Shown in pieces: positions 18,860 through 25,771 of a stretch of 64,000 nt of DNA. This stretch comes from Polyangiales bacterium. Lineage in GTDB: Bacteria; Myxococcota_A; Polyangia; Polyangiales; JADJQN01. The stretch lies in contig CAXNJO010000004.1 of assembly GCA_964202905.1 (NCBI GenBank), forward strand, positions 192,001 to 256,000, given 5' to 3'. The notes under the pieces were generated by a model. It was not told the DNA's origin. It did no database searches and worked only from the letters and a program-made list of their open reading frames with translations. Numbering within the stretch: position 1 is the stretch's first letter; each line of letters opens with the position of its first letter. The position numbers and the translations under genes are program-made.

Positions 18860-20616
18860 CAGCCTTCTCCTCGCTGCACCACGCCCACGCCATCCGTCAG
18901 CGAGGGCAGCACGACCGCGAGCGGCGTCCGCACGACGGGGCGCTCGAGGACCTCGATGCGGCCATCGCGGGCACGCCGCGTGTTCACGAAGACCGTCCAG
19001 CGCGCGTCGTCGCGCTCCGGGTAGTCGAGGCGCTCCTGGTAGCAGTGCCAGCGCGTCTCGCGGCGGTGGAGCATGTGTTCGACGAGCACGCGCGCGACGG
19101 TCACGCGCTCAATCACCTCGTGACAGAGCATGAGCGCGTGCGGCTCGTCGGCGCGGAGGGCGGAGACCTCCTGTTCGAGCCGCTCGAGGTGCAGGCGCGC
19201 GATCTTCAGCTCGCCCTCGCTCGTGCCGTAGCCGACCCCGATGCCGCCGGCGTACTCGTCCATGATCTTCTGGAGGCGCTCTTCGAGGTCGGTGCACGAG
19301 AGGCCCTCGCTGTCCTCGAGGGGCGCGAAGACGCGGTCGCGCTCGGCGAGCACATCTTCTTCGTCGAGCTCGGGCGCCGCCGTCTGCGAACGCGCGTGCG
19401 CGATCATGTCGCGCACCGCGAGCACGGCCTCGGCCCACGCGCCGGAGGCATACTTCTTCGGCACGCCGCCCGCGACGTCGCCCGCGGCCCAGAGACCTTC
19501 GAGCGTGGTGCGGCGGCGCTCGTCGACCCAGTAGCCGCTGAGCCCGTGGCCGCCGACGACGAGCGGCTCGCCGCCCGTGATCTCGACGGGCGCCATCTCG
19601 CCACCGTGCTTCGCGTAGTAGGCCTCGTCGCTCATGATCATCGCGGCGGGCGGGGCCATCGAGAGATAGCTGCGGATGGTGCCCTCGAGCCGACGCGGGT
19701 TGACGCCGCCGAGGTCGAGATAGCAGGGCCCGCGGCCCGCGCGGCGCTCGAGCAGCGTCGCGTAGAGGCGGTCCTGCGTCGTCATGCGCTTTCCGCCGAG
19801 GTGCGCGTAGTACTTCTCGAGGTACTTCTCGCCGCGCGCGTTGATCTGATCGGCCTCGAGCCACTGCGCGATCTCGCCCGTCGGCGCGATGGCGTCCTTG
19901 ATGCGCAGCGGGATGAAGCGGTACTCGAACGACGTGAGCTCCGCGCCCGCGCGGAAGCCCATCGCGAGCCCGGCGCCCGTGTTGTAGGGCGAATACCACA
20001 TGCGGTGCGCGGCCATGCCCGGGTTGGAGGGGCGGTAGAGGCCGGCGGCGCCGCCCGTGCAGACGAGCACGGCCTTCGCCGCGACCGCCACGAAGCGACC
20101 GGTGCGCACGTGGAAGGCGTAGGCGCCGACGACGCGCCCGCGCCGCGTCGCGAGGCCCGTCACGTTCATGCGATTCAACACGCGCACGCCCGAGGCCTCG
20201 ACGCGCTTCGCGAGGATCGGCTTGATGCGCTCGCCGAAGATCTTCACCGACGCGCGCCCGCGCTTCACGGCGCGGCCGTGCTCGTCGCGCGCGATGGGCA
20301 GGCCCCACGCCTCGACGCGGTGCGACTGCTCGTTGAGCTCACGCGCCATCGAGAGCACGAGATCGTCGCGCACGACGCCGAAGGTGTCGCGCTGCACGTA
20401 GCGCAGGAACGACTCGGGCGTCTCGCCCTCGGTGAGATAGGCGTTGAGCGCGCTGATGCCCGCGGCGAGGCAGCCCGAGCGCTGGATGTGCGCTTTCTCG
20501 AGCAGCACGACGTCGAGGCCCGGGTCGCGCTCCTTCGCCTCGACGGCCGCGACGCAGCCGGCCGCGCCACCGCCGATCACGAGCAGATCGCACTGGAGGG
20601 ACTCGATGTCGATCAC
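18859..20616 (-). CDS. aprA: Adenylylsulfate reductase alpha subunit (FAD), clostridial/assimilatory-like
   Basis: GGGAAG FAD motif, RSGCLAAGISALNAY, MWYSPYNTGAG, FEYRFIPLRIKD, RRETRW; GAGGAG SD. Confidence 0.88.
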   Translation of the reverse strand: MIDIESLQCDLLVIGGGAAGCVAAVEAKERDPGLDVVLLEKAHIQRSGCLAAGISALNAYLTEGETPESFLRYVQRDTFGVVRDDLVLSMARELNEQSHRVEAWGLPIARDEHGRAVKRGRASVKIFGERIKPILAKRVEASGVRVLNRMNVTGLATRRGRVVGAYAFHVRTGRFVAVAAKAVLVCTGGAAGLYRPSNPGMAAHRMWYSPYNTGAGLAMGFRAGAELTSFEYRFIPLRIKDAIAPTGEIAQWLEADQINARGEKYLEKYYAHLGGKRMTTQDRLYATLLERRAGRGPCYLDLGGVNPRRLEGTIRSYLSMAPPAAMIMSDEAYYAKHGGEMAPVEITGGEPLVVGGHGLSGYWVDERRRTTLEGLWAAGDVAGGVPKKYASGAWAEAVLAVRDMIAHARSQTAAPELDEEDVLAERDRVFAPLEDSEGLSCTDLEERLQKIMDEYAGGIGVGYGTSEGELKIARLHLERLEQEVSALRADEPHALMLCHEVIERVTVARVLVEHMLHRRETRWHCYQERLDYPERDDARWTVFVNTRRARDGRIEVLERPVVRTPLAVVLPSLTDGVGVVQRGEG

Positions 20617-20629
20617 GCGTGCTCCTCGT

Positions 20630-21139
20630 TCACTCGACGCGCAGCGCGCCCTCGCGGAAGTCGTTCGTGCCCGGCACGTGCACCCAGAGCTTGCGGTCGA
20701 CGGCGCGCCCCTCGATGACGCTCACGACGAGGAACGCGCACGGCCACATCAGGGTGCCGTCGCTCGCGAAGGTGGCCGCGTCCTCCTTCGAGAAATAGGC
20801 GCCCGCGTCGCAGTGCGAGTGATAGATGACCTTGATCGGGCGGCCGCTCGCCTCGCCCGCCTCGAAGGCGCGCGCAGCCCGCAACTCGTTGATCTTGAAG
20901 TACATCCGGCTCGTCCGCGGGAAGCGTTCCGGGTCGAGCGCGTGGTAGCGGTCGGCCTCGTTGCGCTCGCGCACGCCCGCGTCGAGGCGCCCGGGATCGC
21001 CCGCAGGCCCGGAGAGGAAACCGCACGCCTCGCTCGGGTACTCGGCGACGGCGTGGGCCTCGACGTCCGCGAGGACCGTGGCGTCGATGGCGAGGTCACC
21101 GCGGATCCAGGCGCGCTCGCCCGTCTGCTCACCACTCAT
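20630..21139 (-). CDS. JAMM/MPN+ metalloprotease (Mec-like CysO-Cys peptidase)
   Basis: YPSEACG plus HSHCDAGAYFSKED (HxH-x7-S-x2-D). Confidence 0.9.
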   Translation of the reverse strand: MSGEQTGERAWIRGDLAIDATVLADVEAHAVAEYPSEACGFLSGPAGDPGRLDAGVRERNEADRYHALDPERFPRTSRMYFKINELRAARAFEAGEASGRPIKVIYHSHCDAGAYFSKEDAATFASDGTLMWPCAFLVVSVIEGRAVDRKLWVHVPGTNDFREGALRVE

Positions 21140-22073
21140 GGTGTTTCTCCCAGCGCCGCGGCGCGAAGTAGCGGTCCCCGCGATCGCACGCGATCGCCAC
21201 GATGCAGCCCGTCTCGCCGCGCGCCGCGAGGCGCCTCGCGAGCACGAGCGCGCCGTACGCATTCGCGCCCGTCGAGTGGCCGACGTGCAGGCCCTCATCG
21301 GCCGCGATGCGCTCGGCCATGTCCCAGCCGTCCTCGGTGCCGACGCGCAGGATCTCGTCGGGCACGCTCGCGTCGTAGATCGCCGGCACGATCGACGAGG
21401 CCATGTGCTTGAGCCCCTCGAGTCCGTGGAGCGCCTCCGCGGGCTCGACGGCCACGCACATGATCGGACGCGTGTGCTCCTTCAGGCGGCGCGTCGTGCC
21501 CATGATCGTGCCCGTCGTGCCGATCCCCGCGACGAAGTGCGTGACCTCGTCGCCGACCTGCTCGAGGATCTCGCGGCCCGTGCCGAGGTAGTGCGCGAGC
21601 GGGTTCGACGGGTTGGAGTACTGGTCGGGGTAGAAGTACTTGTCCGGGTCGCGCGCGACGATCTCGCGGCAGTGGCGGATGGCGCCGTCCGAGCCCTCCA
21701 TCGGGTCGGAGAAGATGAGCTCCGTGCCGTAGGCGCGCGTGATGTTCTTCCGCGCCTGGGAGACGTTCGCGGGCATCACGAGCGCGATGCGGTAACCGAG
21801 GGCCGCGCCGAAGAGCGAGTACGCGACGCCGGTGTTGCCGCTCGTCGAGTCGATGAGGGTGCGGTCCCGCGTGAGGCGCCCCTCGGCGATGGCATCCTGC
21901 ATCATGCGCAGCGCAGGGCGGTCCTTCACGGAGCCGCCCGGGTTCATGTACTCGAGCTTCAGGTAGAGCTTCACGCCGGGCGCCTCGCGCCCCACGTGGC
22001 GCAGCCGCACGAGGGGCGTGTTGCCCACGGCCTCCACGACGGAGTCCAGCCGGCGATCGAAGCGCTGGGTCAC
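21129..22073 (-). CDS. cysM: PLP-dependent cysteine synthase family protein (CysM-like, probably carrier-dependent)
   Basis: VGNTPLV, NPGGSVKDR, STSGNTG, DQYSNPSN, GIGTTGT, LEGLK; next to carrier and JAMM genes. Confidence 0.88.
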   Translation of the reverse strand: MTQRFDRRLDSVVEAVGNTPLVRLRHVGREAPGVKLYLKLEYMNPGGSVKDRPALRMMQDAIAEGRLTRDRTLIDSTSGNTGVAYSLFGAALGYRIALVMPANVSQARKNITRAYGTELIFSDPMEGSDGAIRHCREIVARDPDKYFYPDQYSNPSNPLAHYLGTGREILEQVGDEVTHFVAGIGTTGTIMGTTRRLKEHTRPIMCVAVEPAEALHGLEGLKHMASSIVPAIYDASVPDEILRVGTEDGWDMAERIAADEGLHVGHSTGANAYGALVLARRLAARGETGCIVAIACDRGDRYFAPRRWEKHHEW

Positions 22074-22083
22074 GGCCGCGGCC

Positions 22084-22413
22084 TCACCCTTCCTCGACGT
22101 CGAGGCGCAGCCCCGCCGGCCAGCGGCCCAGGCTGCCGACGCCGCTCAGCGCCTTGATCGTCTCGACCGCCGCGAACGCGCCGAGGAGCGCCGCGGCGGC
22201 CTCGCGCAGCCGCGGGTCCGCGACGAGGTCCGCCGGTGTCGCGCCCGGTTCGGAGATCGCTGGCCCCGCTGCATCGAAGGTGGTCCCGGCCCGCGCGAGG
22301 TAGCTGCGCGCGGTCTCGTCGGACGGCGCGCATGGCCGCGCGTCGCAGAGAGCGCGCTGCGCGGACTCGCCGAGCACCTGCACCTGCCGGACGAAGCGCC
22401 GCGGATCGCCCAC
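22084..22413 (-). CDS. Small degenerate MoeB/ThiF paralog (pseudo-E1), 109 aa
   Basis: RFVRQVQVLGESAQRAL, ARSYLARAG and GAFAAVETIKALSGVG resemble MoeB segments; no GxGxxG; GTG start 1 nt after the carrier stop. Confidence 0.65.
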   Translation of the reverse strand: MGDPRRFVRQVQVLGESAQRALCDARPCAPSDETARSYLARAGTTFDAAGPAISEPGATPADLVADPRLREAAAALLGAFAAVETIKALSGVGSLGRWPAGLRLDVEEG

Positions 22414-22414
22414 G

Positions 22415-22688
22415 TCAGCCCCCGGCGATCGCGGGGACGATGGAGAGCGACTCGCTATCCTTGAGGATGGTGTCGAGGTTGTCGAGGAAGCGGATGTCCT
22501 CGTCGTTCGCATAGAGGTTGACGAAGCGGCGCACGCCTTTTTCGTCGCAGAGGCGGTCCTTGAGGCCCGGGTGCGCGGCGCTCGAGCGCGTCGATGATCG
22601 CGCGCACGGTGCCGGCGGCGACCTCGACCTCGTCCTTACCCTGCGTGAGCGTGCGGAGCGGCGTGGGGATGCGAACGATCACGGACAT
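22415..22688 (-). pseudogene. cysO: MoaD/CysO ubiquitin-like sulfur carrier with a 1-nt insertion (possibly assembly error)
   Basis: [17 protein letters not shown]...DALE, then after removing one base near 22581: [54 protein letters not shown]; 274 nt = 91 codons + 1. Confidence 0.9.
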
Positions 22689-22737
22689 CGGGTTTCTCCT
22701 GGGAATGCGGGGTCGAAAGGGGGGAGGCTGCGCGGGT

Positions 22738-23496
22738 TCAGGCGCAGTCGGGCACGCGGTAGTCGTCAAGCGAGAGCGCAGGGACGCGGCCCGCGCAGAG
22801 GGGGCAATCGGCGCGGCGGCGCAGGCGGGTCCGACGCACCGCGCCGCGCAGGCCGTCATAGCGCCAGAGCACGCCCGCGGCGTGTGTGTCGCCAGCCGCG
22901 AGGCGGAGGGCGAGGACGGCCTCGAGCGCGCCGAGCACGCCGACGACCGGGCCGATGACGCCGGCCTCCGCGCACGTCTCGGGGGGCGCGGCCTGGCCTC
23001 CCTGCGCGGCGAGGCGGGCAGGGAGGTCCTCGAAGACGCAGCGGAGACACGCGCTCACGCCGGGCACGCTGGCGAGCGCCCAGCCCGCCCAGCGCACGCA
23101 CCCCGCCTGCACGGCAGCGACGCGCGCGCGGGCGCAGGCGTCGGCGACGAGGAACTTCGTCGCGAAGTTGTCCGCGCCCTCGACGACGAGATCGACATCG
23201 GCGAGCAGCGCGAGCGCACGATCGGGCGTGAAGCGCGCCTCGACGCCCTGCACCGCGACGCCCGAGGCCGCCGCCTCCGCGAGGGCGCGCAGCCGCGCCA
23301 CGGCCCGCGCGACCTTCGGCGCGCCGACGTCGGCTTCGTCGAACAGCGTTTGCCGGTGGAGGTTCGAGCGCTCGACGACGTCGTCGTCAACGACCGTCAG
23401 CGCCGCGATGCCCGGCGCGCACGCGAGCAGGTGAAGCGCGGGTGCGCCGAGGCCCCCCGCGCCGACCACCAGCACGCGCGCGCCGCGGGCGCTCAC
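22738..23496 (-). CDS. HesA/MoeB/ThiF family adenylyltransferase lacking the N-terminal RYxRQ segment
   Basis: VLVVGAGGLG, SNLHRQ, CLRC, TCAEAGVIGP, CPLC; GTG overlaps the cysK stop; no rhodanese domain. Confidence 0.9.
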   Translation of the reverse strand: MSARGARVLVVGAGGLGAPALHLLACAPGIAALTVVDDDVVERSNLHRQTLFDEADVGAPKVARAVARLRALAEAAASGVAVQGVEARFTPDRALALLADVDLVVEGADNFATKFLVADACARARVAAVQAGCVRWAGWALASVPGVSACLRCVFEDLPARLAAQGGQAAPPETCAEAGVIGPVVGVLGALEAVLALRLAAGDTHAAGVLWRYDGLRGAVRRTRLRRRADCPLCAGRVPALSLDDYRVPDCA

Positions 23497-24434
23497 GCCG
23501 GGGGGCTCCGGAAGTAGGTGTCGAGGCTGAAGTAGCGCTCCCCCGTGTCGCAGAGCACGCAGACGACGTTCTTGCCGGGGCCGAGCTCCCGCGCGAGCGC
23601 CAGGGCGACGACGACGTTCGCGCCCGCGCTGATGCCGACGAGCAACCCTTCCTCGCGGGCGAGACGCTCCTTCATCGCGTAGGCCTCGCGATCGCCGACC
23701 GTGCGGATCTCGTCGACGACGCCCCGATCGAAGTTGTCGGGTACGAAGCCGGCGCCGATGCCCTGGATTTTCGTGGGCCCGGGCTCGCCGCCGCTCAGCA
23801 CGGGGCTCTGCGCGGGCTCGACGGCGACGATGCGCGTGCCGGGGCGCTCGGCCCGCAGCACGCGCCCGACGCCGCTGATGGTGCCGCCCGTTCCGACGGC
23901 CGCGACGAAGGCGTCGAGGGAGTCGTCGGCGAAGCGCTCGAGCAGCTCGCGCGCCGTCGTCTCGGCGTGGCGCGCCGGGTTCGCGGGGTTCGAGAACTGC
24001 ATCGGCATGAACGCGCCCCGCTGCGCGACGAGCTCTTCGGCCGCCTCGATCGCGCCCTCCATCACGCGCTCGGCCGGCGTGAGGATGATCTCGGCGCCGT
24101 ACGCCTCGAGCAGCGCGCGCCGCTCGAGCGACATGCTCTCCGGCATCGCGAGCGCGAGTTTGTAACCCTTGACCGCGCAGGCGAGGGCGAGTCCGATGCC
24201 GGTGTTGCCGCTCGTCGGCTCGACGACCAGTTGCCCGGGTCGGAGCGTCCCCGCGCGCTCGGCGGCCTCGATCATCGCGAGCCCGACGCGGTCCTTGACG
24301 GAGCCGCCCGGGTTGAACTGCTCGGCCTTGCCCCACACCGTCGCGCAGCCTTCTTCGACGACGCGACGCAGCCGGATCACGGGCGTGGCACCCACGAGAT
24401 CCAGCACGCTCTCGACGACTTGTGCGCTCCCCAT
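23493..24434 (-). CDS. cysK: Cysteine synthase A
   Basis: NPGGSVKDR, EPTSGNTGIGLA, MPESMSLERR, QFSNPAN, KIQGIGAGF, DTGERY. Confidence 0.95.
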   Translation of the reverse strand: MGSAQVVESVLDLVGATPVIRLRRVVEEGCATVWGKAEQFNPGGSVKDRVGLAMIEAAERAGTLRPGQLVVEPTSGNTGIGLALACAVKGYKLALAMPESMSLERRALLEAYGAEIILTPAERVMEGAIEAAEELVAQRGAFMPMQFSNPANPARHAETTARELLERFADDSLDAFVAAVGTGGTISGVGRVLRAERPGTRIVAVEPAQSPVLSGGEPGPTKIQGIGAGFVPDNFDRGVVDEIRTVGDREAYAMKERLAREEGLLVGISAGANVVVALALARELGPGKNVVCVLCDTGERYFSLDTYFRSPPA

Positions 24435-24449
24435 GCGGCCTCCGCAGCG

Positions 24450-24911
24450 TCAGATGACGTACACGTATTGGCCCGCGCCCCGCCGCCGCAGGCCGAGCGC
24501 CTCGCCGCGCTCGACGAGCTGGGCGAACGTGACCGCGTCGAGCGCCGCGTCGATGCGCTCGCCGACCTCGCGGAACGCCTGCTCGGTCACGCCGAGGCTC
24601 GTCGGATCGACGGCGTCGCCGATCTCTCCGGACTCCGGGGAGGCGAGGTCGATGGGCCCCTCGAGCGCACGGACGACATCACCGAGCGTGAGCGCCTCCG
24701 GCTCGCGCGCGAGCTGGTAGCCCCCGCGGGGACCGCGCTTCGAGGTCACGATCCCCGCACGCTTGAGGTCTTGGAAGATCTGCTCGAGGAAGCGGGCCGG
24801 GATGTCCTGGCGCTCGGCGATGTCCTTGATCTGCGTGGCCTTTCCGTCGTTGTGGAAGGCGACGTCGAACACCGCGCGGACCCCGTATCGACCCTTGCTC
24901 GAGAGCTTCAC
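24450..24911 (-). CDS. Rrf2-family regulator, CymR-like (no Cys, ends YVYVI)
   Basis: MKLSSKGRYG, FLEQI, SKRGPRGGYQLAR, LEGP. Confidence 0.92.
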   Translation of the reverse strand: MKLSSKGRYGVRAVFDVAFHNDGKATQIKDIAERQDIPARFLEQIFQDLKRAGIVTSKRGPRGGYQLAREPEALTLGDVVRALEGPIDLASPESGEIGDAVDPTSLGVTEQAFREVGERIDAALDAVTFAQLVERGEALGLRRRGAGQYVYVI

Positions 24912-24948
24912 GCCACCCCATCGCGCTGCGATGTGCAGCGCGGTGAAG

Positions 24949-24978
24949 AATGTGCACTTACCCTATCGGGTTTGTCAA
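24949..24978 (-). promoter_or_regulatory. Putative promoter of the sulfur operon (TTGACA-N18-CACATT) with imperfect palindrome ACCCGATAGGGT in the spacer
   Basis: Perfect -35 at 24973-24978; palindrome at 24960-24971 is a candidate Rrf2 operator. Confidence 0.5.
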
Positions 24979-25007
24979 CAACGAACTCGATGACCCGCGT
25001 GCGGGTG

Positions 25008-25679
25008 TCAGAGCCCGATCGAGCCCTCGATCATCACCGTCCCGAAGAGCCCCTGCTGCGTGATCGTGGTGTCGTCGCGCGGCCCCGTTTCGCGGCCGTC
25101 GTTCGACGCGGAGGTGAAGGCCCAGCCCCACTCGGTGCCGATGGCGAGCCCTTCCACGATCTGGCCACGGATGCCGACGGCGAGGTTCACGCCGAACGCG
25201 CTCGTTTCGTCGGTCTCCACGATGGTCGTCATCGCACGGCGGCGAATTTCGACGGTCGCCGCGCTGATCGGCGCAAAGCTGAACCAGCCGCCCGCGTAGA
25301 GCGACGCGGGGCCGGCCCGGAGCACGTCGAAGAAGACCATCGGCGAGAGCGTGAAGTAGCTCTGCGACACGGAGTCGAAGTCGTCGCAGGTGTCTTCGCA
25401 GGTGGTCACGTCCACGCTCCCGAAGCCGAGACCGAGGCCGACGAAGAGCCTCCCGTCGAGGAGGCGCACGCCCGGCGTGGCGTACGGCGTGATGCTGCGC
25501 AGCTGGCCCAGGACGTCCGTCGGCACCGTATACGCCATGGCGTCGAGGCGGCCCTGGAGGGCCAGCTGGACCCCGCTCCGGCGCGGAGCCGGCGGCGCAG
25601 CGGCGTCCTGGGCAGAGACCGTCGCCGAAAAGAGTAGGGCCGTGAGCAGCGTGGCCGCGAGCGTGGACAGGAGACGCAT
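25008..25679 (-). CDS. Exported protein, probable outer-membrane beta-barrel
   Basis: Signal peptide ending VSA-Q, alternating amphipathic strands, GGAGG SD. Confidence 0.65.
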   Translation of the reverse strand: MRLLSTLAATLLTALLFSATVSAQDAAAPPAPRRSGVQLALQGRLDAMAYTVPTDVLGQLRSITPYATPGVRLLDGRLFVGLGLGFGSVDVTTCEDTCDDFDSVSQSYFTLSPMVFFDVLRAGPASLYAGGWFSFAPISAATVEIRRRAMTTIVETDETSAFGVNLAVGIRGQIVEGLAIGTEWGWAFTSASNDGRETGPRDDTTITQQGLFGTVMIEGSIGL

Positions 25680-25771
25680 GATCGGATCCTCCAAGCTGCG
25701 CACCATAACAGCAGATGCTTTCCACGCGAGCGGGAGCGGAGTAGGGTCCGGCCGCGGAAGGGAGCGCCGGG

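Noticed and set aside
18518..20616. Dissimilatory sulfate reduction or sulfur oxidation
   Set aside because: No sat, qmo, aprM or dsr in the window, and the context is cysteine biosynthesis; cannot be excluded genome-wide.
22570..22590. Programmed ribosomal frameshift in cysO (and in hemB)
   Set aside because: No slippery heptamer or homopolymer at either site; sequencing error is simpler.
20630..23496. E1 + ubiquitin-like protein + JAMM read as an antiphage conjugation system (Bil or CBASS Cap2/Cap3 type)
   Set aside because: No E2, CD-NTase or effector; the flanking cysK, cysM and aprAB indicate sulfur transfer.
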